IMG/VR virus record: IMGVR_UViG_3300020048_000017
Location: 32,001-96,000 of that record
From: a virus
Reading direction: 5' to 3' (one strand)
DNA length: 64,000 bases
Within the stretch, counting starts at the first letter, position 1. Each line of letters starts with the position of its first letter. This document shows, piece by piece, positions 54,625 through 63,854 of this stretch. Below the pieces are notes generated by a model that had not been told where the DNA came from, ran no database searches, and saw nothing but the letters and a program-made list of their open reading frames with translations. Position numbers and translations under genes: made by a program.

Positions 54625-55799
54625 CCTTTTAAATCGGCTAATTTCATATATATTTTCTCGTCGAGGAACCTGACCTTCGTGATGATCATACAATCATTCC
54701 ATTTCTTTCCTGATATAATCACTCTAGAGCCGTCCCTAAGCTTTGAGTAGGTATCTCCTTTTACGAATTCAAATACATCTGGTTCGAACATCATACATGC
54801 TACTACGCCTGTATCGTCCTCGATGTCAATTTTCAGATATTGTTTTCCGCTTTTCGCTTTCTGATATTTCATCTCGGCGATTTCGCCACAAATGTGATAG
54901 AAGTATTCGCTACTTTCGGCAAAACCTTTCGCAGAAGTTAATTCCCCAGAATGTGAGTTTTTACAAACCTTTCTGAGTGAAGTTGAATAACTATAACCTA
55001 ACAACTCTTTTTCATACACATAGTTTGCAAATTCTGGAAACGAACTATTTTGCTTAAAGATCTCTCTATATGGAGCCGCCGCAGCCGTTAAAGTCTCCAT
55101 TCTAGAACTTCTGATCATCTGTTTGCCAGCATCAGTTTTCCAGTTAAGCATATCTTTAACAATATCAAACACTGAGTAGTTGTATTCTTCACCATGTTGA
55201 AGTGCATAGTCTTTTTCGCGAAGGGTTAGCAAACCAAACAACTGCGCTTCGTAGACCATGGAAGCTCTTGAGTCGCCACCTCTAAGGTGAGAGTCTAAAG
55301 TCCCCGCTTGGATAAGCGCCGAAATAATCCCGATGTTTAAGCTACAATCTTTCGCAGCTTTAAAAACTTGAAACTTATTCTCTCTTTCTCTTGAAACGAA
55401 GTCTTTAAGACCTCCAATACTTTTGTCAGAGATACCTTTAATGGATTTCAAACCATATCTAATATCAGAACCCTCTTTAGTAAATTCTACTTGTGACTTC
55501 GACAAATCAGGAGGAAGGATCTTAATGTTAAAATAAGAAAGCTCTTTATTAATTAGCGCGATCTCTTCTCTATTATCGCCTTTTTGCTCAGCGGCATTAA
55601 GGCACTCAATAAAGAATTCCTGAGGATACTTATATTTTACGTAAGTGCTCGAAGCCGAGAGTGTCGCGTAAGCGGCACTGTGACTATTTGAAGTTGCCAA
55701 ACCTTCACAATAAAAATTATGATCAGGGTGGTTAACTTCGAAATCCAGAGTCTTCTTTACTCCGATTTTTTTATAATATTTAACTCTAGTAGTTTGCAT
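54621..55799 (-). CDS. dnaE: DNA polymerase III alpha, C-terminal fragment, preceded by a split-intein C-half
   Basis: After the intein: SHSAAYA, YVKYKYP.EF, PD...S...F, IRYGLKSIKGI, EKELLG, C-terminal OB fold. Confidence 0.9.
   Translation of the reverse strand: MQTTRVKYYKKIGVKKTLDFEVNHPDHNFYCEGLATSNSHSAAYATLSASSTYVKYKYPQEFFIECLNAAEQKGDNREEIALINKELSYFNIKILPPDLSKSQVEFTKEGSDIRYGLKSIKGISDKSIGGLKDFVSRERENKFQVFKAAKDCSLNIGIISALIQAGTLDSHLRGGDSRASMVYEAQLFGLLTLREKDYALQHGEEYNYSVFDIVKDMLNWKTDAGKQMIRSSRMETLTAAAAPYREIFKQNSSFPEFANYVYEKELLGYSYSTSLRKVCKNSHSGELTSAKGFAESSEYFYHICGEIAEMKYQKAKSGKQYLKIDIEDDTGVVACMMFEPDVFEFVKGDTYSKLRDGSRVIISGKKWNDCMIITKVRFLDEKIYMKLADLKG
55686..55799 (-). mobile_element. Split intein, C-terminal half (38 aa)
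   Basis: MQTTRVKYYKKIGVKKTLDFEVNHPDHNFYCEGLATSN followed by Ser+1. Confidence 0.9.
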
Positions 55800-56734
55800 T
55801 TTAAATCTTCTTTAAACGAACCGTCGTTAATTTCGGGTTCCCATATTTCTATAATTTTCCATCCGTGACGATCTACACAGAATTTTTTCTTAGCTTTGTC
55901 TCGTCCAAAATTTCTTCTTTGAGTTGCTGTCTTTGGCCCGTTTGGGTATATCCTCGGGTCGATATGGAAATAGCTTCCTTGACATTCGATAGCAACCTTA
56001 ACTTCTGGAAAAGCAAAATCAAACGAATAATATACAAATTGATACTCTTCTTCGATTGCTTGCACAAGGTCTTCTTTTATCTCGGCTAAAAAATCTCGCA
56101 TTTTAACATGAATAGAAGACTCTCTTTTGAAACGCCCTTCTGACCATAGCCTTGCCGTGTTTTCTCTTAGCTTCTTTTTTGTTTCGTCCGAATGTTTGTG
56201 TCCGGTATGTCCGTGAACTTCTCTTTTTTTTCCGGCCTCAGATTGTTTCTTTTTTGTAGCTTCGGAAGTTTTCTGGCCCCTTCTTTTATCAGCTACTTTT
56301 CTAACTCTTTCGTCTGATTTGTCTAAACCTTTATTCCACGACTCTTTTCCATACATTGGGTTGTTTTCACCCATCCTGTCTTTAGATAACTTTTCGCAAC
56401 CCTTTTTAAAACTGGGACAATTTTCTTTATTTACCGCTCCTTTTGCGAAAAGGCTAACAGTTACTCCCTTTCCGCTTACTTTGTATCCCAAATCAGTGTC
56501 TTTAACTTTGCATTTAGGCCAATTAAAGTCATGAAACTTTTTTAAATAATCCTTTAAAGAAAGGTCACAATCTGTTTTTAAATGAAGAATAAATTTATCA
56601 ATATAATATGCTCCATGCGCCCGAGTGGGATACATTTCTATTATGTGAGCTTTAAGCATTCCGCTCGCCAAACACTTATCAAAGATATTTGAAGGTATGA
56701 GCCTGTTTGTTTCAGTTAGTTCAATCTTATTCAC
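55757..56734 (-). CDS. Free-standing homing endonuclease (NUMOD3-like repeats plus Vsr/DUF559-like nuclease)
   Basis: GENNPMYG, WNKGL, H.ETKKK repeats; FDFA...AIECQG.YFH.DP; RD..K.......GW....IWE. Confidence 0.85.
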   Translation of the reverse strand: MNKIELTETNRLIPSNIFDKCLASGMLKAHIIEMYPTRAHGAYYIDKFILHLKTDCDLSLKDYLKKFHDFNWPKCKVKDTDLGYKVSGKGVTVSLFAKGAVNKENCPSFKKGCEKLSKDRMGENNPMYGKESWNKGLDKSDERVRKVADKRRGQKTSEATKKKQSEAGKKREVHGHTGHKHSDETKKKLRENTARLWSEGRFKRESSIHVKMRDFLAEIKEDLVQAIEEEYQFVYYSFDFAFPEVKVAIECQGSYFHIDPRIYPNGPKTATQRRNFGRDKAKKKFCVDRHGWKIIEIWEPEINDGSFKEDLKCKLLELNIIKKSE

Positions 56735-56735
56735 G

Positions 56736-58499
56736 CTAAGGAATACACACTATCTCATGGTTGTTCTCGATTATTTCTGATATTTTTCTCATTTGCCCGT
56801 CTTCGCATAGAAATTTATGATCCATAGAGCATCGGATAACTCTTCCGTCCTCCATAGAAAACTCCCATAATTCAGCCTCGCCTTCAATAATGTCGATTAC
56901 CTCTACATAAACGTCCTCGCCCTTTCGAGTATCGTATCCAAGAATTTTCTCCCCAACCGTAATCTCACACATTGTCTTGAGGCCGAGTTCAGAGTCTACC
57001 ACAGAAGAAGGGTCTAAGCATTTATTAAAACTATAATGAGAGGAGTCTTGAAGAACCTTCCATAGAACGTCACCAATCGCTGGGTCCAATCCTTGCTCTT
57101 CGATTTTCTGGCGGATCTTCTCCTGCCAAACTTTGGCTTCTTCGACTTTCTTTTTACCGACGCAACGACGCACGGTTTCAGAGTCTTGTAAAGAGAATCC
57201 AATCTGGTGAACCATCTTCATAAGTTGCTCTTGGAATACTGGTATAGAACCAGTTTCTTTAAGCGTCTCATCAAAATACTCATGGATAGATTCAAATTCT
57301 CCTGTATCTGTATATCTTGCGAATTGATCTACATACGCTAGAGCGCCAGGACGCGCTAATGCAATAACGGAAGATAATTGACTTAAGTTTCTTGGTTTAA
57401 CTTTGTTCAATACTCTAAAGTTACAGTCTGCTCCAATCTGAAATAATCCATAAGGAGTAGGCATTTCTTTTTGGTAGTGTTCGTAGATCTCTGGGTTTTC
57501 TACATCGATCTCGTCATACTTGATACCGATGCGATCACAAACTCTCGCGAGAAGAGTTAAGTCTTGGAGTCCTAACAAATCGACTTTAATACAAAGGATC
57601 TGAGCGTAGTTCATATCGAACGACGAAATCAAATCTCCTTCTTTATTAAGTTCCAAAGGAATAATTTCTTTAAGGATCTTATCATCATAAGCTACTAGAT
57701 AACCAGATGCGTGAGAACTCTTGTTCTTGATCAGCCCCTCGATTTTCTTCGAAATATCAAAGATCCTTGGGTTTTCATCAAAAAACTCTTTAATCTTTTT
57801 GCTCTCTTTGTAAGACTCTTCTACAGTGAAAACTTTACCGAATAATTCAGGAACAGCTTTGGCAAGTTCTTCTGCGGTTTCGTTATTAAAGCCCCCGACG
57901 ATTTTACAACATTCTTTGATAACCGCCCGACCCTTTAGAGTTGAGGTCGTTGAAAGTTTACAACACTTATTAGGATACTTGCTAAACAAATACTCCACAA
58001 CTTTGTGTCTATATTCGTGCGAAATATCGATATCAACATCGGGAGCCATAAGACCGTCGATGTATCTAACTCCGTCAATGATCTCAGACTTAGCCCGAGT
58101 TTCAGAAACGAAACGCTCGAAGTAAAGTTCGTATTCGATAGGGTCAATACCTGTCACGCCAATACAATAAAGCACTAGGGACGCTGGGCAAGAACCCCGC
58201 CCTTTACCTACTGGAATTTTATTCTTTTTGCAGAAATTTAGAATGTCCCAGATTAGAATAATGTAATCTGTGAATCCGGTTTTACGATAAACGTCTAGTT
58301 CGTATTCAAGACGCTCTGTATACTTAGGGTCGTCGATTCCTAAGTTCTTTAGCCCCGCTCTTGAAAGCGACGTAAGGAAGTCCTCGGAATTCACTCCTTC
58401 TTCGACGTTGGCTAAACGATAGTCGTCTACCGTTAGTTCTACCTCTGGTAGTCTGAGACCTTTAATCTGAAGGTCATAATTTTCAAAAGTTGGGATCAT
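56736..58499 (-). CDS. dnaE: DNA polymerase III alpha catalytic fragment ending in a split-intein N-half
   Basis: RL.YEL, G.GRGS, FERF, PDVDID, HASG, K.D.LG, FQEQ.M, YSFNK|CL. Confidence 0.92.
   Translation of the reverse strand: MIPTFENYDLQIKGLRLPEVELTVDDYRLANVEEGVNSEDFLTSLSRAGLKNLGIDDPKYTERLEYELDVYRKTGFTDYIILIWDILNFCKKNKIPVGKGRGSCPASLVLYCIGVTGIDPIEYELYFERFVSETRAKSEIIDGVRYIDGLMAPDVDIDISHEYRHKVVEYLFSKYPNKCCKLSTTSTLKGRAVIKECCKIVGGFNNETAEELAKAVPELFGKVFTVEESYKESKKIKEFFDENPRIFDISKKIEGLIKNKSSHASGYLVAYDDKILKEIIPLELNKEGDLISSFDMNYAQILCIKVDLLGLQDLTLLARVCDRIGIKYDEIDVENPEIYEHYQKEMPTPYGLFQIGADCNFRVLNKVKPRNLSQLSSVIALARPGALAYVDQFARYTDTGEFESIHEYFDETLKETGSIPVFQEQLMKMVHQIGFSLQDSETVRRCVGKKKVEEAKVWQEKIRQKIEEQGLDPAIGDVLWKVLQDSSHYSFNKCLDPSSVVDSELGLKTMCEITVGEKILGYDTRKGEDVYVEVIDIIEGEAELWEFSMEDGRVIRCSMDHKFLCEDGQMRKISEIIENNHEIVCIP
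56739..57020 (-). mobile_element. Split intein, N-terminal half (94 aa)
   Basis: Starts CLDPSSVV (block A); block B IRCSMDHKF; stops after VCIP. Confidence 0.9.
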
Positions 58500-59125
58500 A
58501 TATCGTAAATGTTAATGAATTGTTTCATTACTTTGTAGTTAATAAATACGTCGTAGTCGGCTTTATGTGCGAGCTTCTCGTCAATCTCAATTGAGAACTC
58601 TTTAGCTAAGTCTGTTAATTTATTACTTCTTCCTCTCGTCTGTTGCATGGTAAACTGCCAAGCTAGAAAGTTTTCGAAATCCGGCTTAACGTTTCCTTTG
58701 TAACCTTTAGCTAGTGATAGCGTGTCGATAGAACGCTCTAGGTAATCCCAAGAGTGTTTTGCTCCGCAACCCTTTCTGGCAACTTTATCCATGTAAATAT
58801 CAAAGCCTAAAATATTATGGCCAAAATTAATAATGGAAGGGTCGTCTAAATATTCTGAAAATTCCTCGAATACTTTCTTAGGATCTTCTGCTAGGTCTTT
58901 ATATTTTTCCAAATCAAAACCTGTTACTTTCGCGGCTTCTGGATTCACATTAATATCGTCCCAACGAATATACCTATCGAAAGACTCAATAGTCTTATCC
59001 CCTTTATATAACACGTATGCCAACTGCCAAGGTCTTGAGCGAACTAGGTTGAGGCCTTCTGTTTCCGTATCCCAGCCCAAGTATAATTGGTTGGGAAGGT
59101 TTCTTAAAAAATCTTCTTTAATCAT
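58496..59125 (-). CDS. DnaQ-like DEDDh 3'-5' exonuclease
   Basis: DTETEG, HN..GFD, AH.A.YDV. Confidence 0.85.
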   Translation of the reverse strand: MIKEDFLRNLPNQLYLGWDTETEGLNLVRSRPWQLAYVLYKGDKTIESFDRYIRWDDINVNPEAAKVTGFDLEKYKDLAEDPKKVFEEFSEYLDDPSIINFGHNILGFDIYMDKVARKGCGAKHSWDYLERSIDTLSLAKGYKGNVKPDFENFLAWQFTMQQTRGRSNKLTDLAKEFSIEIDEKLAHKADYDVFINYKVMKQFINIYDI

Positions 59126-59808
59126 TTTGCGTAAAAGTTATCTGAGCCACAGTGGTCTAAATTTGGTCTTCCCAAGTCTCCACCATTATAGGACCGTTTA
59201 TTCATCGTCTTGACCGTTTGCCAAGCGTCAAACCAATCTGGGTTTGGATAAAAGCAGCTTTGAACATCTAACGTCTCTAATCCTTCCGACTCCGCAAGTT
59301 CTTTAACCTTCTTTGTGAGGATTCCATCAAACGGAAGGTCGTTATCTTCAATAGCTAGAACCGGTTTAATAGATACGTCGAAGATACAAGACTTGCCTTC
59401 TAAGTAATTCTTGAACAAGAAGCTATCGTAAAATGGAATAACCATCCAAAGGTCTTCTGTCCAAAGGTTTTTAATTTCTTCTGAGGTAAGCCATTTTTCT
59501 TTCTTCGTTTCTTGATACGAATACATTTTTACTAAAGCCTTGTAACCTTCTGTGTTCTTAGCAAACACTCCAAATTTAGAAAGGTTATCTTTATCTTCAC
59601 CGTGAGTAAGCAAAACTCCAAATCTAATCGGAATCCCTACCTTCTCTGCATTGAAGTAAGCTTCTGCAAAACCTGTCATAGAATCTTCCAACAGAAAGAC
59701 TTCTTTAAGTCCAAGGTTTTTAGAAACCTCAAACACGCTTCTTCCCCCCTCTGTTTCTAGGGTTAAAACGGACTTACCAATTGAGTAATGAGTTTTAAAA
59801 ATATTCAT
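59122..59808 (-). CDS. Stand-alone PHP domain of DNA polymerase III alpha (start MNIFK)
   Basis: THYSIG, D..TG...., FGV, AKN.EGYK.L. Confidence 0.8.
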   Translation of the reverse strand: MNIFKTHYSIGKSVLTLETEGGRSVFEVSKNLGLKEVFLLEDSMTGFAEAYFNAEKVGIPIRFGVLLTHGEDKDNLSKFGVFAKNTEGYKALVKMYSYQETKKEKWLTSEEIKNLWTEDLWMVIPFYDSFLFKNYLEGKSCIFDVSIKPVLAIEDNDLPFDGILTKKVKELAESEGLETLDVQSCFYPNPDWFDAWQTVKTMNKRSYNGGDLGRPNLDHCGSDNFYAK

Positions 59809-60764
59809 CTGTTTTCCCACCCGAATTTTGGGCAACCTGTATATAGTCTTGTTTTTATTACCTGACCTTCTTTCGATGTCAGCTTAGCTTTTTCTCTATG
59901 CGACTGAAGAACTTTTCCGTTGTCGTCAAGGATGACATAATACTTGACTTCATTTCTAAACGGACATTTCCATTTTTTCGGATTTCTTCCGCAAAGCCAC
60001 TTAGTCTCCTGAGAGTCCGCAGCAAAATTTGACATAGCCTTTTCGAGATTGTAATCTTTTAAAACTTGGCCCATGTATTTAAGATACTCTTCAACACCAA
60101 GAAGGGAGTCTTCGAGAACCTTGCCTTCAAGGGAAATTCTTTGAAGGGGTTTTTGGACAAACTTGAGGAAAAGAAAGTCACAATCAATTCTAGTTAAATT
60201 CGGGTATAGCTTCTTCAAGTAAAGCATATACATCAATGCTTGAATACTAAAGCCCAATTCTTTCTCCGAGAATTTAATCTTACTCGTTTTGTAATCTACG
60301 ATTCTAGCATGATCTCCACTGATACCGTGCTTATCAATGAAGCCGATCATTCTGTAATGATCCTCTGTGTGGTCAAATGCTAACTCAGGATCTGCTAAAT
60401 CAAACTCTTCTAAAAAGAAATCAAACTTTAAGCCGACCATTATGAAAGTCGAGATCATGTCCCAATTCTCTTCATCCAAAATTAATTCATAATGATGAGA
60501 TTGCGCCCGAACCATCCTTTTAATAGACGGGATCACAAACGGGTCTTTCGCGGCTAACATTTGTTCTACATACTCCTGCCTCTTTGGCTTCTCTACCCTC
60601 TGGAGACATTCTAGCACTGCGTGAGTTACGCTACCTCTTCTCGCTCCGTCGTTCGATACGTCGGGAACCTTAAGCTCGTATTTGCAGTAATATCTCCAAG
60701 AGCACTCTGAGGCGCACTTCACTCTAGATGCTGATAGTCTTACGTGTTCAACCATATTTTTCAA
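59805..60764 (-). CDS. PD-(D/E)XK (RecB/Cas4-like) exonuclease
   Basis: LSAS..K...C, G...H..LE, G.ID, IVDYKTS, Q...Y, LC....CPF. Confidence 0.85.
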   Translation of the reverse strand: MKNMVEHVRLSASRVKCASECSWRYYCKYELKVPDVSNDGARRGSVTHAVLECLQRVEKPKRQEYVEQMLAAKDPFVIPSIKRMVRAQSHHYELILDEENWDMISTFIMVGLKFDFFLEEFDLADPELAFDHTEDHYRMIGFIDKHGISGDHARIVDYKTSKIKFSEKELGFSIQALMYMLYLKKLYPNLTRIDCDFLFLKFVQKPLQRISLEGKVLEDSLLGVEEYLKYMGQVLKDYNLEKAMSNFAADSQETKWLCGRNPKKWKCPFRNEVKYYVILDDNGKVLQSHREKAKLTSKEGQVIKTRLYTGCPKFGWENR

Positions 60765-61653
60765 TCCAATCTTTAATTACTCCTTGTTGAAGCATGTCTG
60801 AGAAGTCCCCGTGGAAAGGCAACCTTAATTCTACTTCGTCAAAAATGCAAGTCAATTTCTCTACTATTTTATCAGCGGCGTTGTTGCCGATGTTGTTATT
60901 ATCTGGCTCGTTATTTAGTGATACATAGATTCGATCTACGTTCATGGCTATAAGCTCCGAAGTAATTACCTTACTGAGCTTTACACCAAATAAAACAATA
61001 ACATTTTTAATGCCGCACTCCCAGAGTGCCAACATATCCCCGATACTTTCTACTAAGTAGACTTCTCTTTTCTCTACTATGTATTCTCTATTTAAAAATA
61101 ATGGATAGAGCCAATTTCTCGTCTTCCCTTTGTTCTTCCATTTTGGAGCCATTCCCTTGAGTAAAGCCCTTCCTGAGAATCCAATTAGTGTTCCATCCTT
61201 ATCGAAGATTGGAAATGTGTATCGGTTTCTCATAAAACCTACCATGGAAACCCCTCCTTGAAACTGCTCAAGGGTTTCTTTAGTAATTAGCCTATCTAAG
61301 AAATGTTTATGGTGAGGAAGGAGAGTTCCCACAGACCTCATGTGAAAAGTTTCTACAATCTTGTCCGAAAGAATCGGAGATGTATCTACCTCTATTTTTC
61401 CATCGATACCCTTGCCTTCTAGAAACTTATATGCTTCTGAAAACGGAACATTTAAAGTTTTCTTAACTAAGAGTGCTAGACTTCCAGAGTCATTAGTTCC
61501 CCAGTCTTTGAATCCTCCATCTTTTTTATTGACCTGCAACGACATTGGATTATCGCTAGAACGATACAGAGGCCTCATACGAAGATACTCTCCATCGTCA
61601 GAGAATCGGTAACCCATCTCTGATAAAATTTCAGCAACACTGGCGGTCATCAA
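60748..61653 (-). CDS. DnaG-like DNA primase (Toprim)
   Basis: RYTFPI....GFSGR, LVES..D, LFG, D..D. Confidence 0.85.
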   Translation of the reverse strand: MMTASVAEILSEMGYRFSDDGEYLRMRPLYRSSDNPMSLQVNKKDGGFKDWGTNDSGSLALLVKKTLNVPFSEAYKFLEGKGIDGKIEVDTSPILSDKIVETFHMRSVGTLLPHHKHFLDRLITKETLEQFQGGVSMVGFMRNRYTFPIFDKDGTLIGFSGRALLKGMAPKWKNKGKTRNWLYPLFLNREYIVEKREVYLVESIGDMLALWECGIKNVIVLFGVKLSKVITSELIAMNVDRIYVSLNNEPDNNNIGNNAADKIVEKLTCIFDEVELRLPFHGDFSDMLQQGVIKDWIEKYG

Positions 61654-63089
61654 AAGTATTTCTTTTTAGTGTCGTCGTCCTTATCCAGTTTTACTTCAGA
61701 CTCCATGTAAGCCACTACTTCTCTAAGAGTGCAAAGTTCCTCTACATGGAAGTCTTGGAAATTTAAATGAAGGTTAATTCTTTTAAAATCCCCATTAGGC
61801 ATCTTTACAAGATCCACAAAGCCCATCCCATTTTCCCCTTGATTTCGAGACTCTGTAACTTCTAAGATATGAGTTCCAAATTTACTACCTTCTTCGGCGA
61901 GATCTTCTGGAGTCTTTGGTTTTAACATCGCTAACATATTAACAAACCATTTGATTTGATTGGACATGGCTATCGATCCAGAGGCATTTGTTTGGACGGC
62001 ACTAATGATTGGGCATTTCAATTCTTGAGCCAAATCTTTTAGCTTCGTAGCTTTGTCACCCATTACTTGGTGCTCTTTCCAAGCGTCTGAAATACTTTCT
62101 CCAGTGAGCTTTAAGTAATCGTAAAAGATAATTGTTTTTTTACCCAACCTAGCTTGTTTAATGTGCCACCTTCTAGTAATAGAAATGATTTCATTAATGG
62201 GCTTATTAGCAACGTAAAGGTGTTCTACGTTTTTATTTCTACTGTCTACAATTTTCTTAAGCGCGTCTCTAACTTTCTTTTCGAGAGCGGGCTCTTTTCT
62301 CCAAGATCCGTTCCGTAAATAGAATTCGTGAACGCCACTCTGCTTAAAGGCTTGCCTAAGCATAACCTCTTCTGCTGTAAGCTCTGTATCAAGATATAAG
62401 GCTACAAGATTATCATCCTCAGTGGTCTTCTCGCAGATATCCATCAGGAAGGTTGACTTACCTGCTTTCGGAGGCGCACAGAAGACATAAAGCCCCCCGT
62501 TAAGAAAATCCCCATAAAGCTTGCGAAACCACTTATAAGGAGCTTTGATACCTACGTCCTGAGGGTGGTTTCCCCTTTCTTCGATGAAATCTGAGATCGA
62601 ATCAAAGATATTGACAGGTTCGTTTTCTGGCTCAAAGACATTAATAGACTTTGAGAACCTGTCTTCAATTTTCCCAACAACTTCCGCAATATTTTTATCT
62701 AGGTTTCCATTAACAATTTTCTCAAGATCCTTTGACATGTCAGACATGTCTCTAAGCATCGAGAATTTCTTAAGCTCCTTAAACCTTTCTACGAAAGCGT
62801 CCTCTACAATCCTATCACTTTTAGAAATCGCTAGGATATAATCGCCAATGGCAACATCGTGGATATTTGTAATTCCAAGAGAGCTGAGTCTCGCAGTGAG
62901 TAAGACTGAATCGATAGGCTTACCCTCCGCAACAAAATTTGCGATAGCACTAAAAATGGCACCATTGACATTCGTATAAAAATCAGTTGGTTTGATAAAG
63001 GGTAATACATCGGTAACTTTTTTTGGGAATTGTAGACAACCTGATAGGCAGGCTCTTTCTAAATCTTTTGAATGTAATTTAACTGACAT
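61650..63089 (-). CDS. dnaB: Replicative DNA helicase
   Basis: Walker A APPKAGKS, LDTEL, FYDYLK, LK.LA.EL..PII...Q. Confidence 0.9.
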   Translation of the reverse strand: MSVKLHSKDLERACLSGCLQFPKKVTDVLPFIKPTDFYTNVNGAIFSAIANFVAEGKPIDSVLLTARLSSLGITNIHDVAIGDYILAISKSDRIVEDAFVERFKELKKFSMLRDMSDMSKDLEKIVNGNLDKNIAEVVGKIEDRFSKSINVFEPENEPVNIFDSISDFIEERGNHPQDVGIKAPYKWFRKLYGDFLNGGLYVFCAPPKAGKSTFLMDICEKTTEDDNLVALYLDTELTAEEVMLRQAFKQSGVHEFYLRNGSWRKEPALEKKVRDALKKIVDSRNKNVEHLYVANKPINEIISITRRWHIKQARLGKKTIIFYDYLKLTGESISDAWKEHQVMGDKATKLKDLAQELKCPIISAVQTNASGSIAMSNQIKWFVNMLAMLKPKTPEDLAEEGSKFGTHILEVTESRNQGENGMGFVDLVKMPNGDFKRINLHLNFQDFHVEELCTLREVVAYMESEVKLDKDDDTKKKYF

Positions 63090-63634
63090 TAGCTTAAAAA
63101 GTCTTTAAGTGATTTGGGTTTTTCGATAACTTTATCCTCTCCGACTTTAAAGTCGAGGAATTCGATTTCTTCTTCTGGTTCTGATTTCTGTGGAGCAATT
63201 TCTTTACACTTCCACATTGAGTATCTTTTATCTATCTGGTCTTTAATAAAACTATTGAAGAAATAATTAAGAGTCCAAACGTCTACTTTAGTCTTGATGG
63301 AAAAGATAAATTCTTCTTCGTATTTTGCCAATAGTCTATCGGCATTTCTCATCTCTAGCGGCCAATTAATTTTGGAGGTATTCTTGATAAAGAAAAGAAC
63401 GATCTTTTTCCTAAGCCCAGAATCGGCGCTATATTTTTTCGGTTCGGTTTTGAATTTAATTTTGTCCTTAGACATCATGAACTCAATCTCGATAAAGGCT
63501 TTTGGGCCAATACCTTTTAAGCCTTTTACTTCCTTCCTAGTCTTTAGGGCTAGTCCAACGTAATCGCTTATGCCAGCAGAAAGAAGTTTCTTCCTAGTGG
63601 TTTCCGAAATATCCCCGAACATGTTAGTTGTCAC
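63089..63634 (-). CDS. Protein with an N-terminal HhH / RNA polymerase alpha-CTD-like domain
   Basis: TRKKL..AGI...L...RKEV..LKGIGPKAF.EI. Confidence 0.5.
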   Translation of the reverse strand: MTTNMFGDISETTRKKLLSAGISDYVGLALKTRKEVKGLKGIGPKAFIEIEFMMSKDKIKFKTEPKKYSADSGLRKKIVLFFIKNTSKINWPLEMRNADRLLAKYEEEFIFSIKTKVDVWTLNYFFNSFIKDQIDKRYSMWKCKEIAPQKSEPEEEIEFLDFKVGEDKVIEKPKSLKDFLS

Positions 63635-63854
63635 CGTTAAGATTCATCATTTGGCCAAGAAGACCTGATTCGAAAGCCACGCCTGCGGCTTTAGCGTGCA
63701 TTAAAAGACCAGCTAAAGTAACCCCGTTACAATGAGGTATGAAAGAAGAGTTACCATCTTTGTCTGTGTAGAAAATTATAAAGCCGTTACTTGTATGTTC
63801 ATTCAACTCTTGTAAAATTCTGTTTGGAATATCTCCTTCTGCGCTTTTCTTCAT
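63624..63854 (-). CDS. Hypothetical protein
   Basis: Coupled ORF. Confidence 0.65.
   Translation of the reverse strand: MKKSAEGDIPNRILQELNEHTSNGFIIFYTDKDGNSSFIPHCNGVTLAGLLMHAKAAGVAFESGLLGQMMNLNGDN

Noticed and set aside
55757-56734. Group I intron interrupting dnaE
   Set aside because: Both flanking ORFs carry intein halves with their own stop and start codons, and no intron core is evident; protein trans-splicing explains the arrangement
59805-60764. Cas4 as part of a CRISPR-Cas locus
   Set aside because: No cas1/cas2 or array; it sits in the replication operon as a RecB-family exonuclease
1583-63563. The many other plus-strand and nested alternative-frame ORFs in the track (e.g. 11125-11703, 26522-26986, 40104-40490)
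   Set aside because: They overlap well-supported minus-strand genes and have no motifs or promoters. Only 32214-34517 and 38956-39633 are accepted as plus-strand genes
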